From Mycolicibacterium smegmatis (lineage in GTDB: Bacteria; Actinomycetota; Actinomycetes; Mycobacteriales; Mycobacteriaceae): a stretch of 32,000 nt of DNA. Position 1 is the first letter of the stretch; the number at the start of each line of letters is the position of its first letter. Below, piece after piece: positions 11,058 through 20,830 of the stretch. Where the stretch lies: assembly GCF_001457595.1 (NCBI RefSeq), contig NZ_LN831039.1:1980001-2012000 (forward strand). The letters are read 5' to 3'. Below the pieces are notes generated by a model. It made no database searches. It saw only the letters and a program-made list of their open reading frames with translations, and had not been told where the DNA came from. A program made the position numbers and the translations under genes.

Positions 11058-11097
11058 GCGAAAGTCCCCGGAACCCTTGGGTTCCGGGGACTTTCGT
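11058..11097. terminator. Bidirectional intrinsic-terminator-like hairpin between convergent genes
   Basis: CGAAAGTCCCCGGAACC ... GGTTCCGGGGACTTTCG forms a perfect stem of about 17 bp around a tiny loop. It starts 21 nt after the sahH stop and ends 3 nt before the stop of the minus-strand DUF421 gene. Confidence 0.8.
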
Positions 11098-11099
11098 GA

Positions 11100-11615
11100 T
11101 CAGTGCCCGGTGTCGTCGTCGCCCCGGGTGGGGCTGTCGACGAGCACGCTGATCATGCCGTTGGGTTCCAGGTACGCGCGCCGTACCCGGTTCATGTCCT
11201 CGATGCCGTGCAACCTCAGGTGCGAGTAGATCTCGTCGCGGCTCATGAACTCACGCCGCATGACGTGGGTGTTGAGTTCTCCGTCGGCGATCAACAGCTT
11301 CGGCCGCGCCTTCGCGAGGCGGGCGAATCCCGGGAACCGGTAGGCAATGCCGTCGACCGCGACACTCCAGAACAGCACCGTCACGACCACCACGATGCCG
11401 TCGGTCAACGTCGCGTGCGCGGGGGAGAGCGCGGGTCCGGCGGCCTGCGCGACCAGCACGATGATCAGGACGTCGGTCAACCCGAGACCTCCGGACTCGC
11501 GTTGACCCACCGCACGGATCAGCACGAGAAGCACGAGAAACGTGACAGTACCGCGGACAACGCTTTCGGCCGGCGGCGCCGCCGGTACGAAGATCGACTC
11601 CCAATCGGGCATCAT
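11100..11615 (-). CDS. DUF421/YetF-like membrane protein
   Basis: Three N-terminal hydrophobic helices, then a soluble C-terminal part (KLLIADGELNTHVMRREFMSRDEIYSHLRLHGIEDMNRVRRAYLEPNGMISV) typical of the YetF family. The start is one of three ATGs at 11624, 11615 or 11612; GGAG precedes the last two. Confidence 0.75.
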   Translation of the reverse strand: MMPDWESIFVPAAPPAESVVRGTVTFLVLLVLIRAVGQRESGGLGLTDVLIIVLVAQAAGPALSPAHATLTDGIVVVVTVLFWSVAVDGIAYRFPGFARLAKARPKLLIADGELNTHVMRREFMSRDEIYSHLRLHGIEDMNRVRRAYLEPNGMISVLVDSPTRGDDDTGH

Positions 11616-11681
11616 GCGCTCCATCCCACCGGTTCGGTTTGTCGGAGAACTACCCGGAGCGTGAGCGGCCAAACGGCGGCG

Positions 11682-12308
11682 TCAGCGCCGGCCCGGCGGC
11701 CGCGGCGCGTGCAGATCGAAACGCACGCCGACCATCCGGATCACGAAGCACACGGCCGCCGCGCTCAGTGCGGCCGCGGTGCCACGGTGGCCGAAGCTGT
11801 ACCCGGCCGCGGCGATCCCCGCGGCGATCAACGCCGGGATGGCGTAGAGCTCACTGCGCAGCACCGTGGGGATGCGGCCGATCATCACGTCGCGGATCGT
11901 GCCGCCTCCCACGGCTGTGACGGTGCCGACGATCATCGCCTGCGGCACACCGAATCCCAGATCCAGTGCCTTGTAGGCCGCGAGCACCGCGAACACGCTG
12001 AGCCCGACGGCGTCGAGCACCGTGATGGTCATCGAGAGGCGGTCGAGCGTGCGGTTGAGGACGAACGCGATCAGACCTCCGCCCGCCGCGAGCGCGAGAT
12101 ACCGCCAGTCGACGAACGTGGCGGGCGGTAGCGCGTCGAGCAGGACGTCGCGGATCGTGCCGCCGCCGAGGCCGGTGAACATGCCGAGCGTGATCACGCC
12201 GAAGATGTCGAGCCGTTCGGCGCGCACAGCCGTCAGCGCACCGTTCAACGCGAACGCGAACGTACCCACCAGATCCAGGGTCAGCAGCAGCGGCGAGTCG
12301 ATCGGCAT
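11682..12308 (-). CDS. Trimeric intracellular cation channel (TRIC)/UPF0126 family membrane protein
   Basis: Two internal repeats each carry the glycine motif (GLGGGTIRDVLLD and VGGGTIRDVMIG). About 7 TM segments. The start lies only 9 nt after the stop of the NrfD-like gene, so it may be co-transcribed with the fdh operon. Confidence 0.85.
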   Translation of the reverse strand: MPIDSPLLLTLDLVGTFAFALNGALTAVRAERLDIFGVITLGMFTGLGGGTIRDVLLDALPPATFVDWRYLALAAGGGLIAFVLNRTLDRLSMTITVLDAVGLSVFAVLAAYKALDLGFGVPQAMIVGTVTAVGGGTIRDVMIGRIPTVLRSELYAIPALIAAGIAAAGYSFGHRGTAAALSAAAVCFVIRMVGVRFDLHAPRPPGRR

Positions 12309-12317
12309 GCCCTGAAG

Positions 12318-13367
12318 CTACCGGTCGTCACCTCTGGCCGGGTGTCCGGCGTCGAGCCGTTCGCGCTGGGGAATCACGACGTACTTGGGGTCTTGTGTCG
12401 ACTGCACACCGGCCTCGAACACGCCGAACCGTTGCAGCGCACTGCCTGCGAGCAACGCTGCGCCCGACGCCGCGACCGCCCACCGGTTACGCCCCGACGC
12501 CACCGCGCCGACCGCGCCGCCGACCGTGAGGATCTCCGACCACTTGCGCAACGTGTGCGGCCTGCCGGTCGTGTAGGCCTCGCCCACCAGTCCGAGCCGG
12601 TGTTCCATCGTGCGCGACGCCGCCACCTCCAGCGCCGCGCCCGCCACCGCCATGCGGCGTGCCGGTCCGCTCTCGGACACCGGGGCCAGCAGCATGCCGA
12701 GGCCCGCACCGCTCGCGGCCGCGGACCCGGTGAAGATGAACGGTAGATAGGGGTGTGCCTCACGCCACGCCGGAACCGCGGTCTGCGACAACAACACCGC
12801 GGTGTACGAGGCGACGCCCGGTGCGACGGCGGCGGCCTCCAGCCCGGCGGGTCGCGCCGCGAAGTCCAGGAGCCGGCCGAGCCGGCTGCGGCGCAGGCGT
12901 TTCGGCATCAGCTCGGCCACCGCGGCGGCGCCCGCGCCAGGCCCGTAGCCGCTGAGGATCCAGGTGCCCATGCTCATCGGTGAGCTCGGCTTGGCGACGC
13001 GCAGCATGTGGTGGAACCGTTCGGGCCGCCCGAGATCGCCCACCAGGAAGTACATGCTGGCCAGCAGGCTCACGAGCGCGCCGACCCGGGACACCTTGCG
13101 CAGCTGTGGCCGTCCCGTCAGATCCGCACCGGCCGCCAACAGCGCCGAGCCCGCCGAGAGCCCACCGCTGAACAGGTACGCCGCGATCATCCAGTTCCAC
13201 ACCGGCGTCTTGAGGATCTGCCGTCCGTAGTACGAGCGGAATTCGGCTGGGGGAACGGCCATGTCGTCGCGCCCGCCGCGCCGGTGGCGCGTCTGGGCGT
13301 GCATGTCCGCGGCGCCGGCGTCGCTGGGCAACTCCCTCATGCGTCCTCCGTCGTGGCCTTTCGTCAT
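12318..13367 (-). CDS. NrfD/PsrC-type integral membrane subunit of formate dehydrogenase
   Basis: Polytopic membrane protein directly downstream of the Fe-S subunit. ATG 13367 overlaps the upstream stop as ATGA. The upstream extension to 13439 is rejected for that reason. Confidence 0.8.
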   Translation of the reverse strand: MTKGHDGGRMRELPSDAGAADMHAQTRHRRGGRDDMAVPPAEFRSYYGRQILKTPVWNWMIAAYLFSGGLSAGSALLAAGADLTGRPQLRKVSRVGALVSLLASMYFLVGDLGRPERFHHMLRVAKPSSPMSMGTWILSGYGPGAGAAAVAELMPKRLRRSRLGRLLDFAARPAGLEAAAVAPGVASYTAVLLSQTAVPAWREAHPYLPFIFTGSAAASGAGLGMLLAPVSESGPARRMAVAGAALEVAASRTMEHRLGLVGEAYTTGRPHTLRKWSEILTVGGAVGAVASGRNRWAVAASGAALLAGSALQRFGVFEAGVQSTQDPKYVVIPQRERLDAGHPARGDDR

Positions 13368-14278
13368 GTTCGGTGCCCCACGAACGCCGACACCGCGATC
13401 CCGACCAGCGCGCCGGCCGCCATGCCTGCGTAGCGCCACATCGCCCCGGCGTCGCGGGTGGGGACCACGGGATCAGGTGGCAGGCCGTACACCTCGGGTT
13501 CGTCGAGCAGCAGGAAGAACGCACCGTCGCCGCCCACACCGTCGTTCGGGTCGTGCCCGTACAGCCGTGCCTCGGTGACGCCACGCTCGTGCAGTTCCTC
13601 GACACGTCGCGCCGCGCGTTCACGCAGTTCGTCGAGTACGCCGAACTGGATCGAGTCGGTGGGGCAGGCCTTCGCGCACGCGGGTTCCAGGCCGTCGTGC
13701 AGCCGGTCGTAGCACAAGGTGCATTTCCAGGCCCGTCCGTCGCCCTCGCGCCGTTCGATCACGCCGTACGGGCAGCCGGACACGCAGTATCCGCAGCCGT
13801 TGCAGATGTCCTGTTGCACAACCACGGTCGAGAACTCGGTGCGGAACAACGCGCCCGTCGGGCAGACGTCGAGGCAGCCGGCGTGCGTGCAGTGCTTGCA
13901 CACGTCCGAGGCCATCAGCCACCGGAAGTCCTGCCGTGTCTCGGGTCCCGTGGCATCACCGGGACGCTCGAAGCCCGGCATGCCGAGATCCTCGGTGGTA
14001 CGGCTGGGTTCAGGGGCGGGTTGTTCGATGAACGCGACGTGGCGCCACGAGTTGGCGCCGAGGTTGCCGGTGTTGTCGAACGACATGCCCAGCAGGTTGA
14101 ACCCGTCGTCAGGCACACCGTTCCACTCCTTGCACGCGACCTCGCACGCCTTGCAGCCGATGCACACCGACGTATCGGTGAAAAACCCCACGCGTGGGGG
14201 ATGCTCGTCGTCGTAACCGGCGTCGGTCGCAGGGTCTTCGAGCGGGCCGTAGAAGCTGTTGCGGCGGTTCTCGCTCAT
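13364..14278 (-). CDS. Formate dehydrogenase iron-sulfur (4x[4Fe-4S]) subunit, FdnH-like, with a C-terminal TM anchor
   Basis: Ferredoxin-type cysteine clusters CIGCKACEVACKEWN, CKHCTHAGCLDVCP, CNGCGYCVSGCPYG and CTLCYDRLHDGLEPACAKACP. C-terminal hydrophobic helix AGMAAGALVGIAVSAFVG. ATG 14278 overlaps the alpha-subunit stop as ATGA. Confidence 0.92.
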   Translation of the reverse strand: MSENRRNSFYGPLEDPATDAGYDDEHPPRVGFFTDTSVCIGCKACEVACKEWNGVPDDGFNLLGMSFDNTGNLGANSWRHVAFIEQPAPEPSRTTEDLGMPGFERPGDATGPETRQDFRWLMASDVCKHCTHAGCLDVCPTGALFRTEFSTVVVQQDICNGCGYCVSGCPYGVIERREGDGRAWKCTLCYDRLHDGLEPACAKACPTDSIQFGVLDELRERAARRVEELHERGVTEARLYGHDPNDGVGGDGAFFLLLDEPEVYGLPPDPVVPTRDAGAMWRYAGMAAGALVGIAVSAFVGHRT

Positions 14279-17200
14279 GGCGACTCCTCGGTGTGGTCCG
14301 GCGACTCCCGTGTGGTGTCCAACCGGGTACCCGTCTCGGGCGTGATCTGCGCGCGTTCCCGGTAGCCGCGCAGATAGCCCAGCAGTTGCGGCCCGCGCGG
14401 GCGCCGGCCCGGCTGGATGTCGCACGTCGCGACCTTGCTCTCCTGGATGAACACGTTGGGATCGGCGACGACGCCCAGCAGATCGTTGACCACGTCGCCG
14501 TCGACCAGGCCGACGCTGCCCCAGTGGTACGGCATCCAGATCTGGTGCACCACATGGTCTTCGACGCGCAGCGGGCGCATCCGGTCGGTCACGAACACGC
14601 GTGCGTCCACGGCGGCGCGGCTGGTGACGACGTGCGCCCACTCCATGTGCTCCAGGCCGCGCATCCGTGCGAGTTCGGGCGACACCTCGACGAACAGCGC
14701 GGGCTGCAACTCCGCAAGGTAGGGCAGTTGACGGCTCATGCCGCCCGCGGTGTGATGCTCGGTCAACCGGGCCGCGGTGAACACGAACGGGAACACCTCA
14801 CCATGGGCGTCGGGCCACGACGGGTTCGACGGGTTGTCCTGGCGCCCATAGACTTTGCGCGCCGGGTTGGCCTGCTGGCGGTACAGCGGATTACGCACCG
14901 GTGACTCGTGTGGCTCGTAGTGCGTCGGCAACGGCCCGTCGGCCACGCCGCTCGGCGCGAACAGCCACGCCTTGCCGTCGGCCTGCATCACGAACGGGTC
15001 GTCGCCGCGCAGCGCCTCGACACCGACGGCGCTCGGCGACGGCCGGTAGTCGGGCGGCTTGGTCTTCTCGAAGTCAGGGACGTCGTACCCGGTCCACTCG
15101 CCCTTCTGCTCGTCCCACCACACGAGTTTCTTGCGCTCACTCCACGGACGGCCCTGCGGGTCGGCCGACGCCCGGTTGTAGAGCACCCGCCGGTTCATCG
15201 GCCAGGTCCAGCCCCACTCGTTGTCGTAGGGGCCCGTCTCGGTGTGCGGCGTGCGCCGCGCGGACTGGTTCACGTCGCCGGCGTAGACGCCGCTGTAGAT
15301 CCAGCATCCGCACGCGGTGGTGCCATCGGCCTTGAGCGACAGGTAGTTGTCGACGGCCCGGTCGGTGGTGAGGTCGACGCCGTTGATGCGGCGCAGCACG
15401 TCCTCGCCCGAGGGCTCGTCGCCGTCCAGTTCGTAGTCCCACCACAGATCGAGCAGCGGGCGGTCGCGCTCATCGGTTGAGCCCGCGAGCTTTTCGCGCA
15501 GGATGCGGCCCAGGTGGTAGAAGAACCACAACTCGCTGCGCGCGTCGCCGGGCGGTTCGACGGCCTGCTCGCGCCACTGCAGCATGCGTTGGGTCTGCGT
15601 GAACGTGCCCGACTTCTCCACGTGCGAGGCCGCGGGGAACAGGAACACCTCGGTGCGGCAGGTCTGCGGAGTGATCTCGCCCGTCTCCACCTCGGGCCCG
15701 TCCTTCCAGAACGTGGCGCTCTCGATCTCGACGAGATCGCGCACCACCAGCCAGTCGAGATTCGCCATGCCCAACCGCTGCAGCCGGCCGTGCGCCGAAC
15801 CGACGGCCGGGTTCTGGCCCAGCAGGAAGTAGCCGAACACCTTGCCGTCGACCATGTCCATCACCGTGCGGTACGTGCCGTGGTCGCCGTTGATGCGGGG
15901 GAGATAGTCGAAACAGAAGTCGTTGTCGGCGGTCGCGTTGTCGCCCCAGTATTCCTTGAGCAGCGACACCATGTAGGCATCTGCGTTGTGCCAGAAGCCT
16001 TTCTGGTTGGTGCTGATGATGTCGTCGAGGTAATCGGCCAGCGACTCCTGACCGGCGTGCGGCATCGCGAGGTAACCGGGCAGCAGATTGAACAGCGTCG
16101 GCACGTCCGTCGAACCCTGGATGCTGGCGTGGCCCCGCAACGCGAACACCCCGCCGCCGGGCCTGCCGATGTTGCCCAGCAGCAGCTGGATGATCGACCC
16201 GGCGCGGATGAACTGCGCGCCCAGTGTGTGCTGGGTCCATCCGACGCTGTACACCAGTGCCGTGGTGCGCTCGCGGTTGGAGTTCTCGGTCCACTTGCGG
16301 GCGATCTGGAGGAACTGTTCGGCGGGCACGCCGCACACGCGTTCGACCATCTCGGGGGTGTACCGCGCGTAGTGCCGCTTGAGGATCTGGTACACGCACC
16401 GGGGGTGCTGCAGCGTCGGGTCGTTCGGGATGTCGCCCGCCGCGCCCTCCACCGGCGGTCCGCCGGAACCGGACTGGTACGGCACCGACCGTTCCTTGGC
16501 GTCGGCGCCGTCCTCCTCGGCGTCGGTGCGTTCGTACTGCCAGGTCGACGAGTCGTACGACGCGGTGGCCTCGTCGTAGCCCGAGAACAGCCCGTCGAGG
16601 TCCTCAGCGTCCCGGAATTCTCTGTCGACGATGAACGACGCGTTGGTGTACGCGGTGACGTACTCCCGGAAGTCGAGTTCGTTGGACAGGATGTAGTTGA
16701 TCACCCCACCGAGGAACGCGATGTCACTACCGGCGCGCAGCGGCACATGGCGGTCGGCCAGCGCGCTGGTGCGGGTGAATCGTGGGTCGATGTGCACGAC
16801 CTCGGTGCCCCGCGACTTCGCCTCCATCACCCACTGGAACCCGACCGGATGGGCCTCGGCCATGTTGCTGCCCATGATGACGATGAAGTCGGAATTGACG
16901 AGGTCCTGCTGATAGTCCGTCGCCCCGCCGCGACCGAAGGAGGCTCCCAGACCGGGAACCGTGGCGCTGTGTCAAATACGCGCCTGGTTCTCGATCTGTA
17001 AGGCCCCCAGGGCGGTGAAGAGCTTCTTGATCAGGTAGTTCTCTTCGTTGTCCAGCGTCGCGCCGCCGAGGCTCGCGATGCCCATGGTGCGGCGCAACGT
17101 GTTCCGGTCCTTGTCGAACTGCTGCCAGCCCTTCTCGCGCGCGTCGAGGACACGCTCGGCGACCATCTGCATGGCCGTCTCGAGGTCGAGTTCCTGCCAT

Positions 17201-17541
17201 TCGGTGGCATAGGGCGCGCGGTACTTGATCTTGGTGAGCCGCTGCGGTCCGGTGACCAGCTGCTTGCTCGCCGAGCCCTTCGGGCACAGCCGGCCCCGCG
17301 AGATGGGGCTGTCCGGGTTGCCTTCGATCTGGGTGACCTTGCCGTCTTTGACGTAGACCTTCTGCGCGCAGCCCACGGCGCAGAACGGGCACACCGAATG
17401 CGCGATGTGGTCGGCGTCGGCGGTCCGTGGTGTCAGGGTCAGCGAGCGCTTCGACTGCGCGGCCTTACCACGGCCCAGGGCGTCGGCACCGGTGATCTGC
17501 CGGTACACGGGCCACGACTCGATCAACTTGCGGAAGTCCAT
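14275..17541 (-). CDS. fdhA: Formate dehydrogenase catalytic (molybdo/tungsto-bis-PGD) subunit, selenocysteine-containing; TGA at 16972-16974 read as Sec
   Basis: ORFs 16972-17541 and 14275-16875 are in the same frame, separated only by TGA. Read through, the junction is IENQARI-U-HSATVPGLGASFGRGGATDYQQDLVNSDFIVIMGSNMAEAHPVGFQW. As I recall E. coli FdnG, its Sec motif is DNQARV-U-HGPTV, followed further downstream by GGNAAEAHPVGFRW. N-terminal [4Fe-4S] motif CPFCAVGCAQ...CPKG. 1088 aa including Sec. Confidence 0.93.
16942..16960 (-). promoter_or_regulatory. SECIS apical stem-loop for the fdhA UGA
   Basis: The mRNA reads UGA-CACAGCGCCAC-GGUUCCC-GGUCU-GGGAGCC. That is a 7-bp stem (one G-U pair) with loop GGUCU, beginning exactly 11 nt after UGA. 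The Gly-Leu codons GGU CUG occupy the position I recall for the E. coli fdhF SECIS. Confidence 0.75.
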
Positions 17542-17613
17542 ACCGTCCTCCTACCCATCTGCTGTCGATCAAACCATCGACGGCTGGATGCCGCCTGGCA
17601 GTTGCTGCACCTC

Positions 17614-17648
17614 TGCACCGCGAGAGGCACCGCACTTTGCACCGCGAG
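17614..17648. repeat. Direct repeat TGCACCGCGAG x2 in the fdhA upstream region
   Basis: TGCACCGCGAG occurs at 17614-17624 and 17638-17648, a 24-bp period. A third partial copy CTGCACC lies at 17605-17611. The repeats sit 73-107 nt upstream of the fdhA start on the minus strand. Confidence 0.6.
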
Positions 17649-17731
17649 CGTGCGGGTCTGCCCGTCGACACCCCGGGTTTTGTCAGCAGTCGGTGCACGT
17701 TCGGCGAGGGTGAGCGGGCGCTGACCGCTGG

Positions 17732-19444
17732 TCAGTCAGCCTGGCCGGTGTCACCCGCACGGCGGACGCGGACCGTCCGGGTCCCGTCGTCCGCACGCGT
17801 GGTGACCCCGCGCGCATCGAGCTGTTCGAGCAGCGGGACCGCCACGCGCCGGGTGGTGTTCAAGGCGCGTTTGGCTTCGGCGACGGTGAACGGCTGCGGC
17901 AGCCCGACGAGGACCTCGGCGGCACGATCGAAGGCGTCAGGACCGAGTACGACGCCGTCGGCGACCCTGACGAACCGGCCCGCACGCACCGCTGCGGCGA
18001 GCTCCTTGGGCCCCAGGTTCAACTCGGCGAGCTCAGCGGCCTCGGGCGCGCGGAACGGTTCGGCCGCGAGCCATTCCCGCACGGTCTGCACGGCCTTGTC
18101 GACGCGTGGCGGCAAGGCAACACCAGGCCGCTGCACCAGACCGTCGCGCAGTTGCAGACCAGTGCCGTCGAGCAACGCCGGCACCAGTTCGACGGCGGGC
18201 AACCCGACCCGTTGGCGCAGCGTCTCGAACGGCATGCCCGCCGCGATATCGTGCTCGGCCGCCCACTGCTCGACCGCTGCCAGTGCCAGTCGCCGCCGCT
18301 CGGCCCACCACTCCGGGGACACCACCCAGTCGCCGATTCGCTCACCGACAACCTCGAACCCCATTGCGCGCAGATCTTTGGCGCGGGCACACACCGGCGG
18401 TGTGACCCGGCCGGTCGCGAGTGCGGCGGCCCGGGCGCGGGCATCGCCTCGTCGGCGCAGCGGCGCAGGCCGCACATCGAGCACCTCGACACCGGCGACG
18501 ATGCGGTGTGCGCCAGGATCTCTCAACAACCCGATATCGCCGATGCGCAACGGCAGTGCGCGCGTGAGGCGCAGGCGGGCGCCGACATCACCGAGCGGTC
18601 GCACATGTACCGGCACCGACGCCGAACCGATGTGCAGCGTCAGCTTCTGGTGCAGCTTGCCCGCCGAACGCAACACCACGTCGACCTCGGAGGTGTCCAA
18701 CCAGGCCCCCGGCGTCCGGACCGCGTCGCCGCGGCGGAGGCTCTCCCGTTCGACACCACGCAGATTCACCGCGACGCGAGCCACGGCCGACACCGCGTCG
18801 CGATCCCGGCCGAGCGACTGCAGGCCCCGTACCGTGACCAGCCGACCGTCGCGTTCGAGTTGGTCGCCGACGCGGATGGTCCCTGCGGCAAGGGTGCCCG
18901 TGACCACCGTGCCCGCGCCGCGCACGGTGAACGAGCGGTCGACCCACAGCCGCACGTCGGAGTCGGTTGCGGGAGCGGGCAATCGGTCGACCAAGGCGAC
19001 CAACTCGGCCTGTACGGAACCCAGATCGGTGCCGAGCACCACACGCGCGTCCGGAATCCGGTCGCGCACCTGGGCGATGGCGCGTGCTGGGTCGGCGAGA
19101 TCAGCCTTGCTGATCACCACCAGGGTGTGCCGCACACCGAGGGCTTCGAGTGCGGCGAGATGTTCTTCGGACTGCGGCATCCAGCCCTCGGTGGCCGCGA
19201 CGACGAACATCGTGGCCGGGACGGGCCCGACCCCCGCCAACATGTTGCCGACGAACCGTTCGTGCCCGGGCACGTCGACGAACGCGATGTCACGCCCCTC
19301 CAGCGTCGTCCACGCGAAACCGAGATCGATCGTCAGACCACGACGCTGCTCCTCGACGAGGCGGTCGGGCCACATCCCGGTGAGCCGGTGTACCAGTGTG
19401 GATTTCCCGTGGTCGACATGACCCGCGGTTGCTACGACGAACAT
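17732..19444 (-). CDS. selB: Selenocysteine-specific translation elongation factor
   Basis: GTPase motifs AGHVDHGKST, DVPGHERF and SKAD, followed by a long C-terminal winged-helix-type extension. Overlaps selA by 13 nt. Confidence 0.93.
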   Translation of the reverse strand: MFVVATAGHVDHGKSTLVHRLTGMWPDRLVEEQRRGLTIDLGFAWTTLEGRDIAFVDVPGHERFVGNMLAGVGPVPATMFVVAATEGWMPQSEEHLAALEALGVRHTLVVISKADLADPARAIAQVRDRIPDARVVLGTDLGSVQAELVALVDRLPAPATDSDVRLWVDRSFTVRGAGTVVTGTLAAGTIRVGDQLERDGRLVTVRGLQSLGRDRDAVSAVARVAVNLRGVERESLRRGDAVRTPGAWLDTSEVDVVLRSAGKLHQKLTLHIGSASVPVHVRPLGDVGARLRLTRALPLRIGDIGLLRDPGAHRIVAGVEVLDVRPAPLRRRGDARARAAALATGRVTPPVCARAKDLRAMGFEVVGERIGDWVVSPEWWAERRRLALAAVEQWAAEHDIAAGMPFETLRQRVGLPAVELVPALLDGTGLQLRDGLVQRPGVALPPRVDKAVQTVREWLAAEPFRAPEAAELAELNLGPKELAAAVRAGRFVRVADGVVLGPDAFDRAAEVLVGLPQPFTVAEAKRALNTTRRVAVPLLEQLDARGVTTRADDGTRTVRVRRAGDTGQAD

Positions 19445-20712
19445 GCGCGGACAGCCTCGACCAACTTGCCGTCGTCCTCGGGGGCGACGGTGCGCAGGTC
19501 CAGCAGGCAGCGTCCGTTTTCCAGCCGCCCGACGACCGACGGGTTGCCGACGCGCAGCGGAGCGGCATACGCCTCGGGCAGACTGACTGCCGCACTGGGT
19601 AATTCAACGTCTGGCGCCCCACCACCGCCGACAGCCGCAGTGCAGTCCACAGCCTTCGCGTCGGGAAGCAGCGATGCCAGGCGACCGGCCCGCACGCGTA
19701 GGGACTCGACGTCGACGCTCAACGCCTGTGCGACGGGCGGAGGGGGACCCGTCAGGGTCGCCTCCAACGCGGCGAGGGTCAGCTTGTCAACACGCAGGGC
19801 GCGCGCCGCGGGATGTCTGCGCAACCGCTCGATCAGATCCTCGGTGCCGAACAGCAGACCGGCCTGGGGCCCGCCGAGCAGCTTGTCACCCGACGCGGTG
19901 ACCAGATCGGCGCCGTCGCGCAGCATCGTCGTCGCATCGGGCTCGTCGGGGAGCAACGGATGCGGCGTCAGCAGGCCCGAGCCGATGTCGACCACCAGCG
20001 GTGCGCCGAGTGCGGCGAGTTCACGAACCGGCACCGACGACGTGAACCCGCTGACGGAGTAATTGGACGGATGCACCTTGAGCACGAACCCGGTGTCGGG
20101 GCCGACGGCGTCGGCGTAGTCGCGCAGGTGGGTGCGGTTGGTGGTGCCCACCTCTCGAATACGCGACCCGGTCGACTCCATAAGCGCGGGCAGACGGAAG
20201 CCGTCGCCGATCTCGATGAGCTCACCGCGGCTGACGATCATCTCCTTGCCCGGCGCCAATGTCATCGCGGCGAGCAGCAGCGCTGCGGCGTTGTTGTTCA
20301 CGACGTGTACGCCGCCTGCGGTGGGGACGGCGCGCGCGAGCGCGGCCAACGCTCCGCGGCCCCGCCGGGCCCGGCGGCCGGTCTCCAGGTCGAATTCGAC
20401 GTCGGTGGCGCCGCTGGCGGTGACGACGGCGTCGATCGCGGCGCGCGACAGCGGTGCCCGGCCCAGGTTGGTGTGTACGACGACGCCGGTGGCGTTGATG
20501 ACCGGTCGCAGGCTCGTCGCGCCTGTCGGCAGGGCGGCGACGGCGGCGTCGGCGACCTGCTCAGGAGGTATCTCACCGGCCCGCGCCTTCTGCTGCGCTT
20601 CGGCGATCACGGATTTCACCAGCGCGCGGCCCAGCAGCTGTTCGGCCGCGGCGAGGCGCGGGTCGGCGAGCAGCGTGTCGGTGCGGGGCACCCGGCGACG
20701 GGGATCAGTCAT
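19432..20712 (-). CDS. selA: L-seryl-tRNA(Sec) selenium transferase
   Basis: The N-terminus RRVPRTDTLLADPRL, VINATGVVVHTNLGRAPL and the PLP-lysine region VTASGDKLLGGPQAG are typical SelA motifs. Confidence 0.93.
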   Translation of the reverse strand: MTDPRRRVPRTDTLLADPRLAAAEQLLGRALVKSVIAEAQQKARAGEIPPEQVADAAVAALPTGATSLRPVINATGVVVHTNLGRAPLSRAAIDAVVTASGATDVEFDLETGRRARRGRGALAALARAVPTAGGVHVVNNNAAALLLAAMTLAPGKEMIVSRGELIEIGDGFRLPALMESTGSRIREVGTTNRTHLRDYADAVGPDTGFVLKVHPSNYSVSGFTSSVPVRELAALGAPLVVDIGSGLLTPHPLLPDEPDATTMLRDGADLVTASGDKLLGGPQAGLLFGTEDLIERLRRHPAARALRVDKLTLAALEATLTGPPPPVAQALSVDVESLRVRAGRLASLLPDAKAVDCTAAVGGGGAPDVELPSAAVSLPEAYAAPLRVGNPSVVGRLENGRCLLDLRTVAPEDDGKLVEAVRACSS

Positions 20713-20735
20713 GGAGGAGCGGTCCTGGCATTCGA

Positions 20736-20830
20736 TGGCGGAGGCGGACGGGAATCGAACCCGCCAGCGGCAGAAACTGTCGCTCAGCGATTTTGAAGAC
20801 CGCGCCGGTCACCAGACCGGATACGCCTCC
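20736..20830 (-). tRNA. selC: tRNA-Sec (anticodon UCA), with encoded CCA
   Basis: Minus-strand sequence: GGAGGCGTATCCGGTCTGGTGACCGGCGCGGTCTTCAAAATCGCTGAGCGACAGTTTCTGCCGCTGGCGGGTTCGATTCCCGTCCGCCTCCGCCA. It has a 6-bp D-stem with a 4-nt loop (CCGGTC-TGGT-GACCGG), anticodon loop CUUCAAA, a long variable arm and T-loop TTCGATT. These are bacterial tRNA-Sec hallmarks. It lies 23 nt upstream of selA. Confidence 0.93.

Noticed and set aside
15514-20062. Plus-strand ORFs 15514-17001, 17637-19421 and 18152-20062
   Set aside because: They are antisense to fdhA, selB and selA. Their translations are low-complexity (Arg/Ala/Ser/Pro-rich) shadows.
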